Counted from the first letter of the stretch, positions 10,022 to 17,952 are shown. The stretch: DNA of 19,860 nucleotides from Candidatus Heimdallarchaeota archaeon (GCA_046761065.1 JBHIFL010000073.1:1-19860); one strand, 5' to 3'. Notes: a model not told the origin generated them from the letters alone. Made by a program: numbers and translations.

Positions 10022-10783
10022 TTATATTGGAGGTGAGAGAGAAACATACACCTCTACATCTCCAATATTAATTGCTTTTTTCCATTCTCCGCCCTTTATT
10101 GCGATTAAAATAAAGACACCACCAATCGTAGATTTGAATCCATAGGCAAGGTTGATCAAAGCGCGTTGCGTATGCCCTGACCGAATGATGTCGTCACAGA
10201 TTAAAACCCGATCTCGATTATTAAGAGCCTTTTTGGGAACATAAAGAGTCTGAACCGTTCCACTGCCTGAAGGAATATATGTTTCCTCATGGTATGCCTG
10301 GACACCAACTTCCCTTGATTTTTTCGCAATGATCAGCTCGCACCTCAGCTCTTTTGCGATTAAGGCGGCAAGTGGAATCCCATCCACAGCAGCTGTCAAC
10401 ACTTTTGTAATCCCTAAAGGCAAATACTTCCTTGCAACGTCCATTGCGATCATCCCAAGGAGTCGAATATCGCTAAGGAGAGCGGTATTGTCAATGAATT
10501 GCCCTTCCCAGCGAATTCGCTCCTTGACCGCCTTTCTCAAATTAAGTTTTGACAAACAAAGATCAATCAGTTTTTCTGCACGTTGCCCTCTTGGAAGAAC
10601 GTGACCTCTCACATACCGATTAAGAATCGTCGTGGAGAGGGGTTTTGGTTCACCCTTCGAATCCGTAAAAACCTTCATGTCTTTGGTGAATTGCTCAATT
10701 TCTTCATAGGAGTGCTTCTTTTTAAGTTGTGCGAGCAATTCAACAGCCCAGATTTTTCTGAGGATACTTTCCAACTGCGACAA
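10022..10783 (-). CDS. HTH-fused type I phosphoribosyltransferase (archaeal APRT/PurR-like)
   Basis: PRPP-binding loop VLICDDIIRSGHT, KVLTAAVDGIPLA, and N-terminal HTH (YEEIEQ...ILNRYVRGHVLP). Likely start is TTG at 10783 (MSQLES..., 253 aa) after SD-like AGGTTGAT. The ORF track extends it to 10822. Confidence 0.85.
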   Translation of the reverse strand: MSQLESILRKIWAVELLAQLKKKHSYEEIEQFTKDMKVFTDSKGEPKPLSTTILNRYVRGHVLPRGQRAEKLIDLCLSKLNLRKAVKERIRWEGQFIDNTALLSDIRLLGMIAMDVARKYLPLGITKVLTAAVDGIPLAALIAKELRCELIIAKKSREVGVQAYHEETYIPSGSGTVQTLYVPKKALNNRDRVLICDDIIRSGHTQRALINLAYGFKSTIGGVFILIAIKGGEWKKAINIGDVEVYVSLSPPI

Positions 10784-10961
10784 CGCGATCAACCTTTTGC
10801 ATGACCCATATGATATGGGCATGACAGCATTTATGACATCATCTTCCAGTTAAGGGAATTCCCCACTTGCTGTTGCTTCCACACTTTAATTGCAGCAAAC
10901 TCTATTTTTGATTATACTATACTATTCAGATAACAAAGAACTTTTGCAAATCAAGGGTAAA

Positions 10962-11204
10962 TCAACGACTTTTCTGCTCAAGCCAAGTTATCACACTCAT
11001 TCTTCTATTACAACCAGGACAACAAAGAGCTCCTGCACTTCTAGGCAATCCTTCCGTGTATGAAGGTTCGAACAAAGATATGTTGATTCTCGACCTTTGG
11101 TTGATACCATTCGACGTAAAATGCGGAGCTTCAGCGGCGTAATTCACTAAATCAATCGAATTTTTGGCATTGAACAGACAAACAGAACAGAAGTTGGATG
11201 CCAT
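10962..11204 (-). CDS. Small putative zinc-binding protein (80 aa)
   Basis: From ATG 11204: MASNFCSVC...LCCPGCNRR, with two CxxC pairs near the ends. The ORF-track extension upstream overlaps promoter-like DNA. Confidence 0.5.
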   Translation of the reverse strand: MASNFCSVCLFNAKNSIDLVNYAAEAPHFTSNGINQRSRINISLFEPSYTEGLPRSAGALCCPGCNRRMSVITWLEQKSR

Positions 11205-11246
11205 ACTGAATATTGCTTTAAACTCGCGTATGGGTTTTCTGACGAG

Positions 11247-11327
11247 ATATGTTGATTTGAAAAATTCAATCAATGTACTCGCCCAATAAAACTCCTGAGA
11301 AATCTTTATAAATATGTTGATTTGAAA
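11247..11327. repeat. 16-bp direct repeat ATATGTTGATTTGAAA (2 copies), candidate operator
   Basis: Identical copies at 11247-11262 and 11312-11327, and a partial copy ATATGTTGATT at 11078-11088. Confidence 0.7.
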
Positions 11328-11349
11328 TCCATTCATGTTAAAAATAGAC

Positions 11350-11363
11350 AAAAAAATTTAAAT
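11350..11363 (+). promoter_or_regulatory. Putative BRE/TATA promoter for the ABC operon
   Basis: A-rich tract followed by TTTAAAT (11357-11363), predicting a TSS near 11385. A second candidate, GAGAAATC-TTTATAAA, lies at 11297-11312. Confidence 0.45.
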
Positions 11364-11389
11364 CACCAACAATTCATCAGGAACCATGA

Positions 11390-11573
11390 TCATCTAACGG
11401 CAGATGAAGAAGCATACCAAGAACCCTTACAGGCGATCAGACTACAAAAGCTGTTCTCCAACAATAAAGATAGTGAAATACCTTTGCAAAGACCTAAAAA
11501 TTGCACCCTGCCGTTCGGAGATGAGACCCACGACGGGTTGATAGCCTTCTACATGAAGGAATGCAAATGGAGG
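11390..11573 (+). promoter_or_regulatory. Candidate structured 5' leader (riboswitch-like) of the nucleoside ABC operon
   Basis: TCATCTAACGGCAG (11390-11403) pairs with CTGCCGTT-cgg-AGATGA (11508-11524), or alternatively forms a local hairpin 11390-11407. Further hairpins at 11485-11505, 11525-11539 and 11545-11559. SD GGAGG at 11569-11573. Confidence 0.4.
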
Positions 11574-11580
11574 AAAGAAT

Positions 11581-12846
11581 ATGCAACGAAAAATTCATAG
11601 ACAAGCGCTTTGGGGATTTTTGCTTTTAGCCTTGTTTATAATAGGGATATTTGCCATTTCTGGATGCGTTGGGCAAGAAGGAGGAGTCACAGAGACCGTG
11701 ACCACTACCAAAACCGTGACAGAAGCCGCAGAGACCGTGACCACTACCAAAACCGTGACAGAAGCCGAAAAGAAAATAAAAGCCGCTTTCATATATGTCG
11801 GTCCAATAGGAGACTACGGTTGGAGCCACGCCCATGACCAAGGCCGCCTTTACGTAGACGAACAGTTTGACTGGCTCGAAACAGTCTATGCTGAGGCTGT
11901 TCCAGAAGCGGATGTAGACCGGTTCATTGATCGGTTTATCCAAGAGAAGAATAGTGATATCGTCTTCACCACATCTTTCGGATTCATGGATGGGACAATC
12001 GCTGCCGGTGAACGCTACCCTGACAAAGTGTTTATGCATTGTTCCGGGTACAAGAGATCAGTAAATGTTGGAACATATTTCGCCGAGTTCTATCAATTGT
12101 ACTATTTGAACGGGCTTATGGCTGGTGCGCTCACTAAGACAAACAAGCTGGGATATGTAGCCGCGCATCCTATTCCAGAGGTGATTCGCCATATCAATGC
12201 TTTCACATTGGGAGCAAAAGAGGTTAATCCCGATGTTGAAGTTCATGTTCGGTGGTTATTTGCGTGGTATGATCCCACTCTAGCCCGAGCAGCTACGGAA
12301 GAATTGATTTCGTTGGGATGTGATGCAATCGCTTTCACAGAGGATAGCCCGACGGTGTTACAAGTTGGTCAAGAACACACAGAACAAGGCGATCAGATCT
12401 ATACCTTTAGCCATTACTCACCTATGCAATCATTTGGTCCCGATTCCTGTGTGAGTGGCCAGTTGGTTCATTGGGAAGTACTTTATGAAGAGATCCTGAT
12501 GCGGCTTTATTTGGGAGTTTGGGACAACAGGGACTACTATTACCTGCTTGCGCAAAATGCTGTTGAACTCGGCGGGGAATTCGGGGTTCCAATCAATCCA
12601 AAATTCGAAGGAGAGCTCAAAGAGAAAATGGTAACGGATCCCATCCTCGGATCAATCAGTGTTTACGATTTAGTTATGACAAGGCTCAATCAAATGAGTG
12701 AAGTAGTTCCGCCTTTTGACCCATTTACAGGACCAATCTTTGATCAAGATGGGGCATTAAAAGTGCAAGATGGAGAGCGCCTCGGGCATGATCCTCTCTG
12801 GACCATGGATTATTTCGTAGAGGGTGTTGTTGATAGGATCCCATAG
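11581..12846 (+). CDS. BMP/PnrA-family ABC transporter substrate-binding lipoprotein (nucleoside/purine)
   Basis: Signal peptide with lipobox (ISG-C), Thr-rich linker, KAAFIYVGPIGDYGWSHAH, VFTTSFGF and IPEVIRHINAFTLGA motifs. SD GGAGG upstream. Confidence 0.93.
   Translation: MQRKIHRQALWGFLLLALFIIGIFAISGCVGQEGGVTETVTTTKTVTEAAETVTTTKTVTEAEKKIKAAFIYVGPIGDYGWSHAHDQGRLYVDEQFDWLETVYAEAVPEADVDRFIDRFIQEKNSDIVFTTSFGFMDGTIAAGERYPDKVFMHCSGYKRSVNVGTYFAEFYQLYYLNGLMAGALTKTNKLGYVAAHPIPEVIRHINAFTLGAKEVNPDVEVHVRWLFAWYDPTLARAATEELISLGCDAIAFTEDSPTVLQVGQEHTEQGDQIYTFSHYSPMQSFGPDSCVSGQLVHWEVLYEEILMRLYLGVWDNRDYYYLLAQNAVELGGEFGVPINPKFEGELKEKMVTDPILGSISVYDLVMTRLNQMSEVVPPFDPFTGPIFDQDGALKVQDGERLGHDPLWTMDYFVEGVVDRIP
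11690..11767 (+). repeat. Perfect 2 x 39-bp tandem repeat encoding a Thr-rich linker
   Basis: CAGAGACCGTGACCACTACCAAAACCGTGACAGAAGCCG at 11690-11728 and 11729-11767. Confidence 0.95.
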
Positions 12847-12897
12847 TTGCTTGCCAAAGAACCCAGATCCCGCTTCCGTACTGCATTATATCCTCCC

Positions 12898-12911
12898 TTT
12901 TTTTCTTTTTT
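12898..12911 (+). terminator. Oligo-T archaeal-type terminator/attenuator after the binding-protein gene
   Basis: T7-C-T6 tract about 50 nt after the stop codon at 12846. Confidence 0.5.
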
Positions 12912-13016
12912 GAACCGTTGAAAGTCTTTTTATTATCTTTCATCATGAAGGATGGAACTGATGAATTTAGTTGAATGAAGCTCGATTGAAAACAAGCCGA
13001 AATTGAGGAATCATAA

Positions 13017-14598
13017 ATGAATAACCAGCCAATTGTCGTATTACGTCAAATTAGTAAGGCATTTCCTCCGATTATTGCAAATGAAAAGATCAATTTCGAG
13101 ATGAAAGCGGGAGAGATCCACGCGCTTCTTGGTGAAAAATGGTCAGTGTAGTCTAGACCAGATTCCAGGAATCTCACTGACCATTCACCAGAATGGAGCG
13201 GGGAAAACAACCTTAATGAAGATTCTATTCGGCTTGTACAGACCAGATGCAGGAGACATTTTTATCAAAGGGGAACATTTTGAAAGTTTATCTCCTGCAA
13301 TTAGTGTGGCACATGGAATAAGTATGGTCCACCAGCATTTCAAATTGATTGAACGTCATACAGTTGCAGAGAATATTGCTTTGGGCTTTGCAACACACCA
13401 ATTGTACCCAACACGTGAAGTTGAGAAAAAAATTGAAGAGTTTTCAAAGAGATACGGACTTTTAGTCAATCCAAAAGCTTACATTTGGCAGTTGTCCGCG
13501 GGTGAACGTCAACGAGTGGAAATCATCAAGGCACTCTATCAAGATCCGGATATCCTAATTCTAGATGAACCTACATCTGTTTTAACGCCAGGTGAAGTGC
13601 AAGAGTTATTTTCAACACTCCAGCTGATGAAAAAAGAAGGGAAAGGAATTGTTTTCGTCACTCACAAATTAGATGAAGTGATGGCAATAAGCGACCGAGT
13701 CACAGTACTAAGACGCGGAAAAGTGGTGAATACGCTCAACTGTCAAGAAACAAATAAGCAAGAACTCGCGAAAATGATGGTGGGGCGTGAAATTCTATTT
13801 ACCTTGCAAAAAGCACCGGTGGAACAAGGTAAAGTAGTAGTAGAGATTCAAAACCTTAGGGTATTTGATGATATGGGTGTCCTTGCTGTCAAAGATATAT
13901 CCCTCATCGTACACGAGGGAGAGACCGTGGGCATCGCAGGAGTGGCAGGGAATGGGCAACGAGAGTTTGTAGAAGCGATCACAGGGTTGCGAAAAGTGAG
14001 TAGTGGGAGAATACTGCTTATGGATAAAGATGTGACTAATCGATCACCACGAGTCATCACCGAACTTGGGGTGGCCCACATTCCTGAAGAGCGCATCAGA
14101 CTCGGACTTTCCCCTAACTTGTCTGTAGAGGAGAATCTCATTTTAAAGACGTACTATATTTCGCCCTACAGCGACGGAATCTTCTTAAATACAAGCTATA
14201 TTTCCTCGTTAACAAAGAATTTGATGGCGGAGTACGAAATAATGGCCCCTAGTCCGTCAATCCCAGCAAAACATCTTTCGGGGGGGAATATTCAACGCTT
14301 GATCCTCGCGCGGGAACTGACAGGTGAGCCTCGCGTGATTATTGCAGCACAGCCGACGTACGGCCTAGACGTCGGAGCGACGGAATATATCCGGCAACGG
14401 CTCTTGGAGGAAAGAAAACGAGGCGCGGCTATCTTGTTGGTATCCGGGGATCTTGAAGAGATCCTGGCACTCAGCGATAGGGTAGCTGTAATGTTTGAAG
14501 GAACAATCATGGGAATAGTCACTGTAGAAGGAGCTAATATTGAAGAAATTGGGTTAATGATGGCTGGAACCAGAAAAGTTGAGGATGAGAGGATATGA
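13017..14598 (+). CDS. Nucleoside/sugar (CUT2) ABC transporter ATP-binding protein, intron-containing: join(13017..13136,13192..14598), 508 aa
   Basis: Exon 1 from ATG 13017 (GAGG at 13005) reads MNNQPIVVLRQISKAFPPIIANEKINFEMKAGEIHALLGE. Exon 2 reads NGAGKTTLMKILFG... and contains LSAGERQRVEI, ILILDEPT, VTHKLDE and a second NBD with LSGGNIQR. The unspliced frame stops at TAG 13149-13151. Confidence 0.9.
13137..13191 (+). other. Putative 55-nt bulge-helix-bulge (tRNA-endonuclease-type) intron in an mRNA
   Basis: Central 4-bp helix GGTG(13131-34)/CACC(13186-89). 3-nt bulges AAA(13135-37) and AGA(13190-92). Perfect 11-bp intron stem 13138-48/13175-85. Exon-exon stem 13123-30/13193-200. Removal restores GGT GAA AAT GGA GCG GGG AAA ACA. 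Confidence 0.85.
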
Positions 14599-15656
14599 GG
14601 CTTAAAATTCAAAGACGAGAAAAGACGTCGGGGTGGGTGTCCATTGTTGTGCTGATCAGCTCTATTCTTCTCAGCTTAGTTGCTGTCGGGGTCATTTTTA
14701 TGGGATACGGGATTAATCCATGGGTCGCCTATACACAGATCTTCCGTGCGGCTTTTGGAAGCTATTACGGAATTTCTGAAACCTTTGTTAAAACAATTCC
14801 CCTCTTATTGTGTAGTTTAGGATTAGTCGTTGCATTCAAAGCCCAAATATGGAACATTGGAGCGGAGGGACAACTTTTTATGGGAGCAATCGCAAGTACT
14901 TGGGTTGCTTTATCCTTTCCAGACATGTCGGCTTTCTTGCTCCTCCCCATTATGTTTATAGTTGGATTTATGGCAGGTACCTTCTGGGGTATAATTCCTG
15001 GGATCCTCAAAGCGAAATTACAAACCAATGAGGTGATTTCAAGTCTCATGTTCACGTATATAGCTGCAAAATTACTCGAATACCTTGTTTATGGTCCATG
15101 GCGAGAACCTGGAGCACTTGGAGGTTTTCCTCACACTCCAATGTTCTCACCTTCAGCACAGCTGCCCCGCATTCCCGGGACACGGCTTCATTACCCGACA
15201 CTTATTGTCGGATTGATTTTAACGGGCATACTCTTTGTAATGTTGCAACGAACCAAAATTGGATACGAGATCCGAGTGACAGGAGACTCGCAAGAAGCGG
15301 CACGGTATGCTGGAATGAACTATCTGAAGACAGTAGTCTTTGTGATGGCTGTCAGTGGAGGTCTAGCGGGACTAGCAGGAGTCGGGGAAGTAGCAGGAAT
15401 TCAACATCGATTGAGAAAAGGAATTAGTCCCGGCTATGGCTTCACAGCGATTATCGTGGCATGGCTAGGGCGGTTAAATCCCATTGGAACACTCTTTAGT
15501 TCAATTCTGTTTGGTGGCCTGCTAGTAGGAGGAGACATGATTCAAGTCTCTCTAGGGCTTCCAGTCGCTGCAATTTACATTTTTAACGGCATTATGCTCT
15601 TTTTTGTGTTAGGAGGGGAGATTTTATTGCATTATAAGGTGAAATGGGAAAGGTGA
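14595..15656 (+). CDS. Nucleoside ABC transporter permease 1 (BPD_transp_2 family)
   Basis: Multi-TM protein with WNIGAEGQ, NEVISSLM, GYEIRVTG and GYGFTAIIVAWLGRLNP. ATGA overlap with the ATPase stop. Confidence 0.93.
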   Translation: MRLKIQRREKTSGWVSIVVLISSILLSLVAVGVIFMGYGINPWVAYTQIFRAAFGSYYGISETFVKTIPLLLCSLGLVVAFKAQIWNIGAEGQLFMGAIASTWVALSFPDMSAFLLLPIMFIVGFMAGTFWGIIPGILKAKLQTNEVISSLMFTYIAAKLLEYLVYGPWREPGALGGFPHTPMFSPSAQLPRIPGTRLHYPTLIVGLILTGILFVMLQRTKIGYEIRVTGDSQEAARYAGMNYLKTVVFVMAVSGGLAGLAGVGEVAGIQHRLRKGISPGYGFTAIIVAWLGRLNPIGTLFSSILFGGLLVGGDMIQVSLGLPVAAIYIFNGIMLFFVLGGEILLHYKVKWER

Positions 15657-15661
15657 ATAAT

Positions 15662-16585
15662 ATGGAAATGGAAGCGATAATGGATTTTTTATCCCTAACA
15701 ATAATGGCAGGTACCCCTCTTTTGCTTGGCACTCTCGGAGAGATCTATGCAGAACGCGCGGGAATCCTTAATCTCGGAATAGAGGGTATGATGATTATGG
15801 GTGCAATAACAGGATTTAGTGTTACTCATTTAACAGGTAGTGCATTATTCGGTGTGCTTCTTGCGATGCTAGTTGGAGGTCTACTATCACTGATCCATGC
15901 GTTTGTTAGTATTTCATTACGTGGCAATCAAGTTGTCTCCGGATTAGCCCTTACAATGTTTGGTCTGGGTTTAAGCGGGTTAATAGGCCGGAACTATATC
16001 GGTATTCCGGGAAAATCCCTTAAAACGAAACCTATTCCAGGTTTGGAGCGTATCCCATTTTTAGGACGAATTATATTTCAGCAAGACATCTTAATTTATC
16101 TATCATTAATTCTTGTGCCCGTTCTATGGTTCTTACTTTTCCGAACAAAAGTAGGGATTGTGATTCGCTCTGTAGGAGAGGATCCAAGCGCTGCAGATGC
16201 AATAGGCATCAATGTACATCGTGTCCGATACTTCTGTGTGGTGTTCGGAGGAGCTATGGCGGGTCTAGGAGGTGCGTATCTCTCCCTTCGACTGGCACCC
16301 GCATGGATAGAGGGAATGACAGCTGGGAGAGGCTGGATTGTAGTTGCTTTGACGATTTTCGCGATGTGGAATCCGAGCCGTGCATTGATAGGAGCCTATT
16401 TGTTTGGTGGAGTAGAAGTTTTACAGTTTCGATTACAGCCCTTCGGCATCCCACCCAGCTTTTTAGGAATGCTCCCATATCTTGCTACAATCATTGTCTT
16501 GCTCATCGGGTCTAAAGAAACGTTGAAGAAAAAGATGGGGGCACCTACAGCGCTGGGGTTTCCATATAGCCGAGAAGAAGCCTAA
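15662..16585 (+). CDS. Nucleoside ABC transporter permease 2 (BPD_transp_2 family)
   Basis: ERAGILNLGIEGMM, IRSVGEDPSAADAIGINV, GMTAGRGWI and LPYLATI motifs. ATG 15662 follows SD AGGTGA (ORF open from 15644). Confidence 0.93.
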   Translation: MEMEAIMDFLSLTIMAGTPLLLGTLGEIYAERAGILNLGIEGMMIMGAITGFSVTHLTGSALFGVLLAMLVGGLLSLIHAFVSISLRGNQVVSGLALTMFGLGLSGLIGRNYIGIPGKSLKTKPIPGLERIPFLGRIIFQQDILIYLSLILVPVLWFLLFRTKVGIVIRSVGEDPSAADAIGINVHRVRYFCVVFGGAMAGLGGAYLSLRLAPAWIEGMTAGRGWIVVALTIFAMWNPSRALIGAYLFGGVEVLQFRLQPFGIPPSFLGMLPYLATIIVLLIGSKETLKKKMGAPTALGFPYSREEA

Positions 16586-16800
16586 TCCGTTTATTTTTCT
16601 AATCCTAATCAAATTGAGGGGAGCGGAAAGTACAAATAACTGGGGTAAATGAGCTGTCTTGCAACTTTGCGATTCAATACTGGAAACACTCGTATATTAT
16701 TACCAGAATTCTAGACGGAAAAGAAGCATTGGAAAACTATCTAATAGCATGGATCTGTGATTTACTGTGCCCTCACTAGACTGAAACAGGAGAAGTTAAG

Positions 16801-17952
16801 ATGGCTTATAAAAGGGAACCAGATGAAAGTTCTTGGCTAAGCCGAATCCCATGGCAAAAGAGTTTGTTTCTTTTCGTCCTTGGCTTAGTTCTTCTGGTTA
16901 TCTATGTCGCTTTTGCAAATTTGACACAGGTAATCCAAATTCTTGTTGCAGCAGATCCTAAACTTGTGGGTCTCGCCATTATGGTTATTATCATTGGATC
17001 ATTTTTTTATGCAATAGCTTGGCAAAAGCTATTAAATCGAATGGAGCTACAAACCTCATTTTTCCGCACCTTGTACTACGCTTATATTGGCATGTTTTTC
17101 GATATCATTATTCCAATAGGGGGCACCGCAGGGATTGCTGTTCGGTCATACCTGATAAAAGAAGATCAAACAAAAAAGAACTTCATTGAGAAAGATATCT
17201 GGGGGCGAGCTCTTACCTCCCAAACCGCTATGAAAATCTGTGTAACCATGTGGATCGTTATATCCGGCATATTGGGTTTTATGTATCTCTTTTTGAGATT
17301 TTCACTTCCACGATACACTATGATTGCTATGGGGTTTTTCCTTTCTGTTTCCATTATAGGTAGTATTGCACTCATCCTACTCTCAACTCATCCAGACGCC
17401 CCTACTCGCTTAGCTCACGGCTTATTAAATGTCGCAAAGCGTGCGTTTCCTTTTATCAAATCACGGATCGAAGAGTTGCGACCACGCGCCGTAGAGAATG
17501 CCCGTAGTTTCAGCAATGGCATGAGAGTTCTGATCAGAGAGAAAACAATCTTGATTTATATCCTTATCTTCACTTTATTGTATTATCTTTCATTCATCAT
17601 GGCTGCATGGCTTAGTTTCGTAGCACTTGGGCTCCGACAATCGGTCCTTGTGATTTGCGCAATTTCTACTGTTGCATTAATCATCGAATTTCTTGGCTGG
17701 GGATTACCGGGCGGGATCGGTGTTAAAGAGATCGTCACCGCAGAAATTTTTGTAGTAGTTATAGGAACCTCCCGACTCTCCAATGAGATCGCTCCCCGGG
17801 CCGTCGCCGCAGCGGCAAGTATTATGGTGAATATTCTAATGTTCTGGATTCCTTTAGTTCTGAATGCCGTATTTGCCTTCAAAGCCCTCCCAATTCTTCG
17901 AAAAGCATGGAAATCAATGATAGAGATCCAAGAACAAGATTTTCCTATGTAA
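16801..17952 (+). CDS. UPF0104 / lysylphosphatidylglycerol-synthase TM domain (flippase-like) membrane protein
   Basis: About 8 hydrophobic segments, AIAWQKLL, FFDIIIPIGGTAG and LPGGIGVKE motifs. AGGAGA SD upstream. Confidence 0.82.
   Translation: MAYKREPDESSWLSRIPWQKSLFLFVLGLVLLVIYVAFANLTQVIQILVAADPKLVGLAIMVIIIGSFFYAIAWQKLLNRMELQTSFFRTLYYAYIGMFFDIIIPIGGTAGIAVRSYLIKEDQTKKNFIEKDIWGRALTSQTAMKICVTMWIVISGILGFMYLFLRFSLPRYTMIAMGFFLSVSIIGSIALILLSTHPDAPTRLAHGLLNVAKRAFPFIKSRIEELRPRAVENARSFSNGMRVLIREKTILIYILIFTLLYYLSFIMAAWLSFVALGLRQSVLVICAISTVALIIEFLGWGLPGGIGVKEIVTAEIFVVVIGTSRLSNEIAPRAVAAAASIMVNILMFWIPLVLNAVFAFKALPILRKAWKSMIEIQEQDFPM

Noticed and set aside
10640-10692. Apparent insertion in the HTH of the PRT protein with TTCACC/GGTGAA complementarity, considered as a second intron
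   Set aside because: It is in frame, and no flanking helices or 3-nt bulges could be built. It is more likely a protein loop.
11390-11524. The 3-nt CGG bulge in the leader helix as a BHB site
   Set aside because: There is only one bulge, and the adjacent helix is 8 bp rather than 4.
11322-11600. 92-aa ORF upstream of the BMP gene
   Set aside because: TTG start inside the repeat/promoter, no recognisable motifs, and it overlaps the BMP start.
12939-12990. C/D-box-like words (CTGA, TGATGA) and a TTCATCA/TGATGAA stem between the BMP and ATPase genes
   Set aside because: Box order and spacing do not fit a C/D guide RNA.
13129-13191. ORF-track N-terminus MVKNGQCSLDQIPGISLTIHQ for the ATPase
   Set aside because: It is a translation of the insert and lacks the first beta-strands and half of Walker A. 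The typical N-terminus lies in another frame from ATG 13017.
13142-13191. Spliceosomal-like signals: GTCAGT (5' site-like), CACTGAC (branch-like) and terminal CAG
   Set aside because: GT-AG excision from 13142 gives GAA AAA TGA (stop), and excision from 13132 is out of frame. Only the BHB cuts restore the motif. The first two signals are simply the two arms of the stem, so the resemblance is probably coincidental.
13131-13196. Ribosomal frameshift on A5, or a MITE with an AATGG target-site duplication
   Set aside because: A frameshift would leave 18 extra residues in the P-loop. A TSD model leaves one unexplained A and does not account for the CACC/GGTG pairing or the two exact 3-nt bulges. 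Not excluded without reads.
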